Assembly (NCBI GenBank): GCA_041662665.1
Contig: JBAZSC010000001.1
Location: 385,511 to 449,510 of the forward strand
Direction of reading: 5' to 3'
Length of the DNA: 64,000 bases
DNA from: Patescibacteria group bacterium
GTDB lineage: Bacteria; Patescibacteriota; JABMPQ01; JAQVVF01
Positions 19,001 through 26,547 of the stretch are shown one piece after another (position 1 is the first letter of the stretch; every line of letters starts with the position of its first letter). Below the pieces are notes generated by a model that had not been told where the DNA came from, did no database searches, and saw nothing but the letters and a program-made list of their open reading frames with translations. The position numbers and the translations under genes are program-made.

Positions 19001-20366
19001 TACTGTTGATATTGGCGTTGTTGATCCAAATAATTCAGGATTTATTGAATTTCAAGTTCAAGTTAATAGCGATGTTCCATTTGGAACAGTTATTTCAAAT
19101 AAAGGAATTGGCAGCTACAACCCAGGAGCAATATTTACGGAAAGCAATATTGTTTCTAATACTGTTTCAAGTGCTGCATTTGGCGGACCAATTATTGTTA
19201 AAAAAGAAGAAAAAAAACCAGTTGTTCAACCTAAAGAAGAAGAAAAAAATATAGAAAAAGAAATAGAAAAAGTTGTCGGTGAAAAATTTGTTGATAATGT
19301 TATTAAAATTTTCGATGATGTTCTTAATTTTCTCAAAAATAAGGATATTCAACAAATAATAAATAATTACGTTGCTCCAATAATAACCGCATTAACAGCC
19401 TTGGGAATATTGGCAGCAATCCCATTTATCAATTCATTGCTTCCATATCTTGCTTATCTTTTACAATATCTTACTCATCCAGTTCTATTTTTTGGCAAAA
19501 GAAAAAGATGGGGAATTGTTTTCGATTCATTAAGTAAACAGCCTCTTGATTTAGCTATTGTCCGTTTGTTTAACAAAAATACCAAAAAATTGCTCGCAAC
19601 TAGAATTACTGATGTTCATGGCCGTTATTTATTTATCGTTGATCCAGGAGATTATTATATTACAGTTGCCAAGCCTTATTATATATTTCCATCAAAATTA
19701 ACAACTGAAAAAACAGAAAATACTTATATTGGTGAAACAATTTCAGTTCAATCAAATAATAACCAAAAAGAAAAAGGCGTTATTGCTTTTGACATTCCTC
19801 TAGACCCACAAGAAGGTTACATGCAAAATCCAGTCAATCCATCAAAAGTAATTGCAACTCCGATAAAGACACTTAGCGATTTACAAACATTGCCAAAAGA
19901 AGTTATTAAAAATGCTGATAACCAATTATTAAAAGTAAGGCGACAATATAAATTCAATCAATTTGTTGCAATCGTTGGTCCAATTATCGGATTATTTTGC
20001 TTAATCATCAGCCCATCAATTTTGACAGCAGTATTATTTGTTTTGGATATAATATTATTCTTTGTCTTCAGGAGATTGGCAGTTAAGCGCATGAATTCAT
20101 GGGGCAAAACAATTGATCAATCCAAGCACAAAGCTTTGCCAAAAACAATTGTCAGACTTTTTGACAATAAATACGGCAGAATGTTGCTAGCTGATATTTC
20201 CAAAGGCGATGGCCGTTATGGCTTCCTAGCTGGCAAAGACAAATATGTTCTAACATCTCAAAAATCTGGTTATGAATTGCCACAAAATAAAATTGAAGTT
20301 CAAGGTGGAAAAGAAGGAGTTATTAGCCAAAATCTAGAATTAAAGAAAGTTATTAAAACTTTTTAA
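16083..20366 (+). CDS. Giant mosaic surface/membrane protein (1427 aa): signal peptide, beta-propeller-like W/GFG repeats, Ig/CHB_HEX_C-like modules, internal TM helices, DUF11-like repeat domain, two carboxypeptidase-regulatory-like (prealbumin-fold) domains
   Basis: Repeated ...GFG...LYAGT...W units. TLKFY/FFGIDEAGN modules. TM segments near aa 840-895, 1105-1130 and 1250-1285. DUF11-like DLRIVDSI...TYITGSINVNG. CarboxypepD_reg-like WGIVFDSLSKQPLDLAIVRLFNKNTKKLL...GRYLF and TIVRLFDNKYGRMLLADISKGDGRYGF. Confidence 0.5.
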   Translation: MKNLIKNWIVIPTIFVIIAVLIFGNNFYNAQKTDAEVLTWTQVANNVGSTATASILSSNGKIYAGTYDGSGTIGTRLFSSSNGTDWTQVNSDGFGVVANRSTYSLIEFDGAIFAGVSNAAGGLIYRCDLTTDCDQAVNWAAATDPGLSNVNNIEISSLVEYDGYIFAGTRNLVTGAEVWSCQSIVSDCNIQANWSRVDGASGFGDANNVSAASMATFNNALYVGTGRVPGSPTSEVWYCTSCKGVDWNVSNNNGFGDNNQTVQSLVVYDNQLYAGTEKSGGIQSAELWRTSDGTNPANWAQVGADGFGATAVSRTFQSMLVNRDALYVGTGRDDAGTRIWMSIDGATFEQINESGFGNANINSTYGLIALNNYLYSANGNIAGGSVVGSVYRTSLNPAITAGSVTASQVTDGTGRVNISFTLSDPDYNNSRAKVEYSLDNGATWPGKATLSTTDADTTATFGDPKIDNSTAYQVGTAAGYITTSSGANTVNVVWNSKLDAPGANTNNAMIRVTPNDLLYDGTAVSSASFSLDNVAPVISNVTVSPTCGKRNTDLSITVSIDGTQSENPSVTVDGNSATTNNAQAGAESIRYSYRVLGTETQGSDPVVANARDSAGNTSTKSTTVTLDFNAPVITANPDGGAFNSLINVTLTANEQVGKIRYTTNGDDPTVNGTTYRGAIPIDSNTTLKFYAFDTCGNTSDVKTEIYVFDFVAPHTSANPPGGIYENPQAVELTSDKPATIYFTTDGTEPTENSNVYNGRILISENTTLKFFGIDEAGNREATVNTEVYVISSTSPFISLTKTYSISAISAGTSGSGSSMLKKATSVVSNFNVKSKFSLILFIVIAFWLIVSSIYFIFTFFKNRARISKTFSYLFKKQKVFCGTVTIIIAFCLIIELFIGYGTRAASVSRGDFINYRIDYINQGAKSTADLRIVDSISSSTTYITGSINVNGVGRSDSRDNDNADYNETNPGAVTVDIGVVDPNNSGFIEFQVQVNSDVPFGTVISNKGIGSYNPGAIFTESNIVSNTVSSAAFGGPIIVKKEEKKPVVQPKEEEKNIEKEIEKVVGEKFVDNVIKIFDDVLNFLKNKDIQQIINNYVAPIITALTALGILAAIPFINSLLPYLAYLLQYLTHPVLFFGKRKRWGIVFDSLSKQPLDLAIVRLFNKNTKKLLATRITDVHGRYLFIVDPGDYYITVAKPYYIFPSKLTTEKTENTYIGETISVQSNNNQKEKGVIAFDIPLDPQEGYMQNPVNPSKVIATPIKTLSDLQTLPKEVIKNADNQLLKVRRQYKFNQFVAIVGPIIGLFCLIISPSILTAVLFVLDIILFFVFRRLAVKRMNSWGKTIDQSKHKALPKTIVRLFDNKYGRMLLADISKGDGRYGFLAGKDKYVLTSQKSGYELPQNKIEVQGGKEGVISQNLELKKVIKTF

Positions 20367-20371
20367 TACAT

Positions 20372-21196
20372 ATGACAAACCCTCCGCAAATCGAACAAGA
20401 GCCTCAAATTGATCTTGAAGAAGAAAAAATGGATATTACAAATGATCTACGTCAAGAATTAGATGAACATCGCGAAGTTTCGTATGAAAATTATGGTGAA
20501 AAAAAGATCGTTAGCGTAAAAATAGGAGACAAAGTTTATAAATTTTATCCTGATAATCAGGAAGATGCTGATTGGGTTATGGTTACTGAGGATAAAGATG
20601 GAAAATATCTTGACTCCATTGGAATCAATAAAAAATCTGATGTTGAATATCTGGAAAAAATTTTCGAACAAGATATTCCCGATAGTTTACGTCAAGCTAT
20701 AGATGATCATCGCGAAATTTCTTACGAAAATTATGGTGAAAAAAAAGTTATCAAAATACAGCAAGGAGATAAGACCTATAAATTTTTTCCTGACAACCAA
20801 GAACATGCAGATTGGGCAATGGTTACTGAAGATGAAGATGGTAAATATCTTGATTCTATTGGCATTAGCGAAAAATCTGATGTTGAATATCTAGAAAAAA
20901 TTTTCGAACAAGATATTCCAGATGGTTTGCGTCAAGCTTTAGATGAACATCGCGAAGTTTCGTATGAAAATTATGGTGAAAAAAAGATCGTTAGCGTAAA
21001 AATAGGAAACAAAGTTTATAAATTTTATCCTGATAATCAGGAAGATGCTGATTGGGTTATGGTTACTGAGGATAAAGATGGAAAATATCTTGACTCTATT
21101 GGAATAAAGGAAGAATCTGATGTTGAATATCTAGAAAAACTTTTTGAAACACCAACAAAAGAAGAACAAATTGAAGAAGTAAAAAGAGAATTATAA
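20372..21196 (+). CDS. Acidic protein composed of three tandem 80-aa repeats, translationally coupled to the giant protein
   Basis: Repeats at 20447-20686, 20687-20926 and 20927-21166 (LRQxLDxHREVSYENYGEKK...EYLEKIFEQDIPD). Repeats 1 and 3 are nearly identical at the DNA level. The start lies 6 nt after the upstream stop. Confidence 0.55.
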   Translation: MTNPPQIEQEPQIDLEEEKMDITNDLRQELDEHREVSYENYGEKKIVSVKIGDKVYKFYPDNQEDADWVMVTEDKDGKYLDSIGINKKSDVEYLEKIFEQDIPDSLRQAIDDHREISYENYGEKKVIKIQQGDKTYKFFPDNQEHADWAMVTEDEDGKYLDSIGISEKSDVEYLEKIFEQDIPDGLRQALDEHREVSYENYGEKKIVSVKIGNKVYKFYPDNQEDADWVMVTEDKDGKYLDSIGIKEESDVEYLEKLFETPTKEEQIEEVKREL

Positions 21197-21331
21197 GAAG
21201 TAATTTATAATTTTAAATAATAGGCTGATTTTTCAGCCTATTTAAATTAGATTGACTTTTATGTCAATTCTGATATTTTTAATTTAAGCAAATTTTATAT
21301 TTTTAGGTTTTTAGGTTATTAAGTTTAACAT

Positions 21332-21420
21332 GCCGCATTCGTCAAGTGGCTAGGACGTATGATTCTCATTCATACAGTCAAAATTTTCCCAGAAAATTTT
21401 GACGGGTTCGATTCCCATTA
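21332..21420 (+). tRNA. tRNA-like element (Glu-type D-arm, anticodon loop TTCTCAT) with a 25-nt perfect hairpin inserted before the T-arm and a non-complementary acceptor 3' strand; probable pseudo-tRNA or remnant
   Basis: GCCGCATTCGTCAAGTGGCTAGGACG...TATGA-TTCTCAT-TCATA...tcaaaattttcccagaaaattttga...GGGTTCGATTCCC. The 3' acceptor strand ATTATAT cannot pair with GCCGCAT. Confidence 0.35.
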
Positions 21421-21450
21421 TATTCTATTTATAATAATAAAATATTTCAT

Positions 21451-21522
21451 GCCCCTATCGTCTAGTGGTTAGGACGCTTGGTTCTCAACCAAGGAACACC
21501 GGTTCGATTCCGGTTAGGGGTA
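21451..21522 (+). tRNA. tRNA-Glu (anticodon CUC as read from the loop TTCTCAA)
   Basis: Full cloverleaf: acceptor GCCCCTA/TAGGGGT, D-arm GTC-TAGTGGTTAG-GAC, anticodon stem CTTGG/CCAAG, T-arm ACCGG-TTCGATT-CCGGT, discriminator A. CCA is not encoded. Confidence 0.8.
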
Positions 21523-21593
21523 TTTTTTATGCAAGCATTTTTGTTTTAAATTTAAAATTATGTTAAACTAAATATAATTTAGTATAAAAAACT

Positions 21594-22925
21594 GTGAAAA
21601 ACAAAACCAACAAAAAACCATTATATTGCACAATTTTTCCAGAGTGCTACAAAAATAATCTCAAGCTTTGGGAATGTCCGAGTTTTCTATTTCTAGTTAC
21701 AGGCGTCATAACTATCATTGTTATGATCGCAACTTATATTTTGACCAATATTTATACGTCTCCAGAGTTTGTCGTTTTTAGTGTTATCGCAATTACGATC
21801 ATTCTTATAATTGCTGGTTATTTAATTACTCAAGGAGTTGGCAGAATTACGGAAGCAAAATTAACTGCAGAACGTGAAAAAAAGAAAACTGAATCAATAG
21901 TTATGAATCTTTCCGATGGATTATTGATGCTTGATAATGCTTACAATATTATTTTATTAAATCCTTGCGCAGAAAAATATTTAGGAATTGATAAAAAACA
22001 AATTATTGGTTTAAAAACTTTTGGAAAAGAAATTAATAAATTTCCAAATCTTAAAAAAATCATTAACAAAATTCCAGGAAGTCCAACTGATTTAAAAACA
22101 ATTGAAGAAAATATTTTAATAGAATCGCCTGAAAAAAGATACTTAAGGATAACAACTTCTCCTGTTTACGATAATCGTCGTACTTTTATTGGTTTCGTAA
22201 AAGTCCTGCATGATTTCACCAAAGAAAAAGAAATCGAAAACATGAAAACTGAATTTGTTTCTTTGGCTTCTCATCAGCTTAGAAGTCCTTTGTCTAGTTT
22301 GCGATGGTTATTAGAAATTTTATTACGTGGAAGGATTGGCGCTTTATCAGAAGAGCAAACAAAAGTTTTAACCCAAATGAACGAATCAAATGACAGAATG
22401 ATCAAAACTGTTCAAGATCTTTTGAATGTCTCAAGAATCGAAGAAGGAAGAACTGGTTTAGAGCTTTCATTAACAGACTTTAATCAGATCGTTGACAATG
22501 CAATTAAGGATGTAAATGCGCAAGCTCAAAAAAAACAAATTAAAATAAATTTTGAAAAACAAGATATTAAAAAAGCAATGTTAGATCCAGAAAAGATTAA
22601 AATTGTTGTTCAGAATTTAATTGATAATGCTGTAAAATATACAAAAGAAAAAGGCGAGATTAAAATTAATTCAGAGCTGAAAGATAATAAAATATTTTTT
22701 TCAGTCAAAGATAATGGCATCGGAATCCCAGAAGTAGAGCAAGAAAAAATCTTTACGAAATTCCATAGAAGTAAAAATGCCAAATTACTATCTGTTCATG
22801 GGACGGGTCTAGGATTATATATCGCTAAAAAAATAGTTGAGACTCACAAAGGAAAAATTTGGTTTGCATCCAAACAAGATCAAGGAACGACATTCTACAT
22901 TGAGTTGCCGACAAATATAAGTTAA
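21594..22925 (+). CDS. Sensor histidine kinase (two N-terminal TM helices, PAS-like domain, HisKA, HATPase_c)
   Basis: H-box FVSLASHQLRSPL, N-box NLIDNAVKYT, G-boxes DNGIGIP and GTGLGLYIAKKIVE. The ORF begins with GTG. Confidence 0.8.
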   Translation: MKNKTNKKPLYCTIFPECYKNNLKLWECPSFLFLVTGVITIIVMIATYILTNIYTSPEFVVFSVIAITIILIIAGYLITQGVGRITEAKLTAEREKKKTESIVMNLSDGLLMLDNAYNIILLNPCAEKYLGIDKKQIIGLKTFGKEINKFPNLKKIINKIPGSPTDLKTIEENILIESPEKRYLRITTSPVYDNRRTFIGFVKVLHDFTKEKEIENMKTEFVSLASHQLRSPLSSLRWLLEILLRGRIGALSEEQTKVLTQMNESNDRMIKTVQDLLNVSRIEEGRTGLELSLTDFNQIVDNAIKDVNAQAQKKQIKINFEKQDIKKAMLDPEKIKIVVQNLIDNAVKYTKEKGEIKINSELKDNKIFFSVKDNGIGIPEVEQEKIFTKFHRSKNAKLLSVHGTGLGLYIAKKIVETHKGKIWFASKQDQGTTFYIELPTNIS

Positions 22926-22992
22926 AGCAATTATTGTATATAGTAATTTTACGTATAACAATTTAGCAGTTTAACAATTTAACAATATAGCT

Positions 22993-23373
22993 ATGCCAAC
23001 AAAAATATTGATTGTCGAAGATGAAACAGCTCTTTTATATGCTCTAAAAGCTGAATTATCACAAAACGATTTTGAAGTTATAGAAGCAATAGATGGTGAA
23101 AAAGGACTTCAAGCTTTGGAAAAACAAATTCCAGATATTATTATTTTAGATTTGCTTTTACCAGGAATTGACGGTTTTGAAGTTTTGCAAAGGATAAAAA
23201 GCAAGCCTGAAATGAAAAATATTCCTGTAATAATTCTTACGAATTTAGGTGATAAAGAAAGTGTTGAGAAGGGCAAGAAATTAGGTGCTGATGATTATTT
23301 AATTAAAACTGATTACTCTTTGGAAGAAGTTATTAATAAATTAAAATCTTTGGTAAATAAAACAAAAAAATGA
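22993..23373 (+). CDS. Response regulator, receiver (CheY-like) domain only
   Basis: ILIVEDE, phospho-acceptor D in IIILDLLLPGIDG, and a T/K signature; 126 aa with no output domain. Confidence 0.8.
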   Translation: MPTKILIVEDETALLYALKAELSQNDFEVIEAIDGEKGLQALEKQIPDIIILDLLLPGIDGFEVLQRIKSKPEMKNIPVIILTNLGDKESVEKGKKLGADDYLIKTDYSLEEVINKLKSLVNKTKK

Positions 23374-24164
23374 GAATAAAAATAATTTTTGTTCTAATAA
23401 TTTTAGCGCTTGCAACTAATTTTACTTGTTTTGCCAGGACTTCTGATCAGCAATCAAACGAATCTTTTACTGAAGAAATTGATAATAAAATAAAACAAGA
23501 AATTTCGGATCAAAAAAAACAAAATGAACAGCAAGTTTCAGATATCAAAAACTTTTTACCTGCTTTAGATGGCATTATTATCGATACAATCGAAAAAAAT
23601 GGAATGACTATTGTTGAAATAAATTCCAATATTTTAACACAAGAAAATAATCAACCAATTTTTTATGTTAAAGAATATATAAAAGATCCTTTTCTTTTTT
23701 TGGCATCAGAACCAAATACTTTTGAATATAAAAATAAGTTTTATAAATTTACTGATACTCCAATCTTTCGCTTTAAATTAAGAAGCGCTCCAAGTGGAAA
23801 AATAGATTTGTCTTATGATTCATCTAAGATTAAAATCAAAAGCGAACAGAATTATGTTATTACAGATTTGAATTTAAGAATTCAAGATGGCGCTTTTTCT
23901 GCAATAAAACAAGATAATGATTACCCAATTAATTTTTTCGCTGATACATTATTCAAAAAGGCAATCAATGGTTATAAAGATTATCAAATCAAAAGTGCAG
24001 ATCTTTCTTTGAATAATAATATTTTAGAATACAAAGTTTCATTAAATATTTCCGGAAAAATATTATGGATGTTTGATACAACTTTTGATTTAATAGCAAC
24101 AATGAATGCTAATAATGGAAAAATATCAGTTGAAAAGCCATGGTGGGAGACTTTCGTGTTCTAG
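23370..24164 (+). CDS. Secreted hypothetical protein (signal peptide)
   Basis: N-terminal MRIKIIFVLIILALATNFTCFA. The start overlaps the response-regulator stop (ATGA), so probably co-operonic with the two-component pair. Confidence 0.45.
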   Translation: MRIKIIFVLIILALATNFTCFARTSDQQSNESFTEEIDNKIKQEISDQKKQNEQQVSDIKNFLPALDGIIIDTIEKNGMTIVEINSNILTQENNQPIFYVKEYIKDPFLFLASEPNTFEYKNKFYKFTDTPIFRFKLRSAPSGKIDLSYDSSKIKIKSEQNYVITDLNLRIQDGAFSAIKQDNDYPINFFADTLFKKAINGYKDYQIKSADLSLNNNILEYKVSLNISGKILWMFDTTFDLIATMNANNGKISVEKPWWETFVF

Positions 24165-24207
24165 ATTATCGAAACATTTAAACACTTTAACAAAAAAACA
24201 AGGAGCT

Positions 24208-24273
24208 GGTTGCAGAATCCTTTCTGCAACCACATCATCACTGTTGACATGGTTTCAGAGAGGACTCTGAAAC
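24208..24273 (+). ncRNA. Candidate structured element: two GC-rich stable hairpins upstream of the duplicated gene pair
   Basis: GGTTGCAG-aatccttt-CTGCAACC (24208-24230) and GGTTTCAGAG-agga-CTCTGAAACC (24250-24273), in an otherwise AT-rich spacer and with no U-run. Confidence 0.25.
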
Positions 24274-24334
24274 CAGCGAATTGCACTATAATTTGGATTT
24301 TTTTAAATTTCTATATTTTTAGTTTTTTACATAC

Positions 24335-25051
24335 ATGCCAGAAAGAGAACAATTAACTCAAAAAGATATTCAAGGCCCAGAAAAAGAAACATCAGAGCCA
24401 GGTCTTGAAATTGCAAGAACACCTGAATCAGAAACAGTTGTAGATTTAGCTAATGAACTGCACGAAGCAATACAAAATGATTCGCCAATTACTTATGGAA
24501 AAGTTGAAGACTTTAGAGAAGCTTTGGACCAATTAAAATTTAATATTGGCGGAGAAATGATGACAGCCGAAGAAGCAAGAAAGATTCCTGATTTAAAATT
24601 GAATATGGAAATTTGGAAAAGGATAAAAGTCGGTGATTATTCGACTTCGACTATTACTCAAATGACTTATGTAAGTCTAGAGGTAGCAGATATTCTTAAA
24701 AACGTAGGAACTGTGCGTTTGCTAAACGTAAAATATTTTCCTAGCTCAATATTGAGAAAATTATGTGAACGAAAAGGTTATCTTACGCTTGGAATTGAAG
24801 AAATTTCTGATCAAGATGCAGAAATTATTAGTAATCATCAAGGAGAGCTATTTCTTGATAATATAACTCGATTGTCAGTTAAGCAAGCTGAATTTTTAAG
24901 TCAGCATCGAGGACAGCTTTCATTGGCTGGTCTTGAATCATTACCAGATCAAGCAGCAATATATTTCATTGATTTTAAGCATTTTCTTAATGTACAAAGT
25001 AGAATTACAACGCAAATTGGTAGATTAAGAAAAAGGAGTAGAAAGAAATAA
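24335..25051 (+). CDS. Hypothetical protein, paralog A of a tandem duplicate (238 aa), C-terminal leucine-rich-repeat-like segment
   Basis: The N-terminal ~110 aa are ~90% identical to 25082..25594 at the DNA level. The C-terminus has ~24-aa L-rich repeats (ELFLDNITRLSVKQAEFLSQHRGQLSLAGLESLPDQ). Confidence 0.5.
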   Translation: MPEREQLTQKDIQGPEKETSEPGLEIARTPESETVVDLANELHEAIQNDSPITYGKVEDFREALDQLKFNIGGEMMTAEEARKIPDLKLNMEIWKRIKVGDYSTSTITQMTYVSLEVADILKNVGTVRLLNVKYFPSSILRKLCERKGYLTLGIEEISDQDAEIISNHQGELFLDNITRLSVKQAEFLSQHRGQLSLAGLESLPDQAAIYFIDFKHFLNVQSRITTQIGRLRKRSRKK

Positions 25052-25081
25052 TTATATTTATATTTTTAGTTTTTTACACAA

Positions 25082-25594
25082 ATGCCAGAAAGAGAACCAC
25101 TAACTCAACAAGATATTCAAGGTCCTGAAAAAGAATCAGAAAAGATAGGTCTTGAAATTGCAAGAACACCTGAATCAGAAACAGTTAAAGATTTAGCCAA
25201 TGAATTTCACGAAGCAATACAAAATGATTCGCCAATTACTTATGGAAAAGTTGAAGACTTTAGAGAAGCTTTAGGAAAATTGAAATTTAATATTGGTGGA
25301 GAAATGATGACAGCCGAAGAAGTTAAAAAGATTCCTGATTTAAAAATGAATATGGAAATTTGGGAAGAAATTAGACGCCGAGATTATAGAAGAGTAAGGG
25401 AGCTCACTTTCATAATTCCCGATATCTATCATATTATTAGTCAAACTGGTAGAGTTTTTTCTTTAGAAAAAATTGATTCGTTGCCTGATGAAATTGCATT
25501 ATTATTTTTAGATTTTTCTTTCCAAGTAAAGATTTCAGATAACTTCAAAAAACATTTGACTGAATTGTATATAAAAAGAAGCAATAAATCTTAA
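25082..25594 (+). CDS. Hypothetical protein, paralog B of the tandem duplicate (170 aa), shorter divergent C-terminus
   Basis: Shares the promoter-proximal sequence (tttttagttttttaca...ATGCCAGAAAGAGAAC) and the N-terminal domain with 24335..25051. Confidence 0.5.
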   Translation: MPEREPLTQQDIQGPEKESEKIGLEIARTPESETVKDLANEFHEAIQNDSPITYGKVEDFREALGKLKFNIGGEMMTAEEVKKIPDLKMNMEIWEEIRRRDYRRVRELTFIIPDIYHIISQTGRVFSLEKIDSLPDEIALLFLDFSFQVKISDNFKKHLTELYIKRSNKS

Positions 25595-25620
25595 ATTAAA
25601 TATTTATCCACATAAAAACC

Positions 25621-25648
25621 TTGACAGGTTTTTTTTTATTGCTAGAAT
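25621..25648 (+). promoter_or_regulatory. hrcA operon promoter TTGACA-16-TAGAAT
   Basis: -35 at 25621-25626 and -10 at 25643-25648, immediately upstream of CIRCE. Confidence 0.6.
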
Positions 25649-25652
25649 ATAA

Positions 25653-25679
25653 TTAGCACTAAAGATAAGAGAGTGCTAG
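25653..25679 (+). promoter_or_regulatory. CIRCE operator (HrcA binding site) TTAGCACTA-N9-GAGTGCTAG, plus an extra direct-repeat half-site GAGTGCTAA at 25693-25701
   Basis: Matches the CIRCE consensus TTAGCACTC-N9-GAGTGCTAA, upstream of hrcA-grpE-dnaK-dnaJ. Confidence 0.85.
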
Positions 25680-25797
25680 TGCTCTCGAAACTAGAGTGCT
25701 AATAACCCTGTCATCCTGAACCGTAGTGAAGGATCCCGAAAATGAACGCTCATTCATGGGATTCTTCGGCTTCGGCCTCAGAATGACAGATAAAAAA

Positions 25798-26547
25798 ATG
25801 AATTCAAGACAGAAAACAATTTTAAACGCAATTATCAAAGAATATATCCAAACAGCCGAACCAGTTGGCTCAAAAGTTTTAGTTGAAAAATATCATTTTG
25901 ATTTATCTTCTGCCACACTTCGAAATGAAATGAAAGAATTAGAAGATATGGGATTTTTGACTCAACCTCATACTTCAGCAGGCAGAACTCCAACAGACAA
26001 AGGCTATCGATTTTTTGTGGATAGTTTAATGGGTGAAAAAGAATTAACTTTAAATGAGCAAAGACAATTACAAACAGAATTAATCAAGACCAAAGCAAAA
26101 TATAATAGATTAGCCAAATCAACTGCAAGATTGTTATCCAGATTATCTGACAATTTAGTTATTTCTGGTGTTCTAGATTCTCAAGACATTTGGGAAGCTG
26201 GCATGCCAAAATTATTAAAACAGCCAGAATTCAAAAATCCAGATGAAGTTTATGATGTTGCTGAAGCACTTGATTTATTAGATGAAAATGTTGAAACTCT
26301 ATGCGACAAAGCAAAATCAAAATGCATTAAAGTCTATATCGGCAAAGAAAATCCACTTCATATCAATAATTGTTCAATGATAGTTTCACAGATCAAATAT
26401 CCGTCAGGTGAAAAAGGATTCATCGCCATTATCGGTCCAAAAAGAATGCATTATGATAAAAATATATCGTTGTTAGAACACATAACCAAGTTTTTAGGAT
26501 CAGGTCTATTAATAATTCTATTTTTACCTTTAATTACGAGAATCTAG
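25798..26547 (+). CDS. hrcA: Heat-inducible transcription repressor HrcA
   Basis: MNSRQKTILNAIIKEYIQTAEPVGSKVL...TLRNEMKELEDMGFLTQPHTSAGRTPTDKGYRFFVD, the HrcA signature. Start taken at Met25 of the track ORF; the upstream extension lies in the structured leader. Confidence 0.85.
   Translation: MNSRQKTILNAIIKEYIQTAEPVGSKVLVEKYHFDLSSATLRNEMKELEDMGFLTQPHTSAGRTPTDKGYRFFVDSLMGEKELTLNEQRQLQTELIKTKAKYNRLAKSTARLLSRLSDNLVISGVLDSQDIWEAGMPKLLKQPEFKNPDEVYDVAEALDLLDENVETLCDKAKSKCIKVYIGKENPLHINNCSMIVSQIKYPSGEKGFIAIIGPKRMHYDKNISLLEHITKFLGSGLLIILFLPLITRI

Noticed and set aside
21332-21420. tmRNA or other known structured RNA explaining the tRNA-like element
   Set aside because: The 5' end does not match the tmRNA acceptor (GGGGCUGAUU...). 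There is no tag-peptide reading frame and no 3' CCA-proximal pairing. Degenerate tRNA is the more parsimonious reading.
24243-24290. TTGACA ... TATAAT promoter upstream of 24335
   Set aside because: The hexamers are 37 nt apart, too far for a sigma-70 promoter. The intervening sequence is the second GC-rich hairpin.
25676-25701. Second full CIRCE element
   Set aside because: Only the right half-site GAGTGCTAA is present. The left half CTAGTGCTC is not its inverted complement, so it is reported as an extra half-site only.
25726-25797. Upstream extension of hrcA (MKDPENERSFMGFFGFGLRMTDKK)
   Set aside because: It lies inside the structured leader downstream of CIRCE. HrcA homologs start at MNSRQKTIL, so the extension is an artefact of an open frame.
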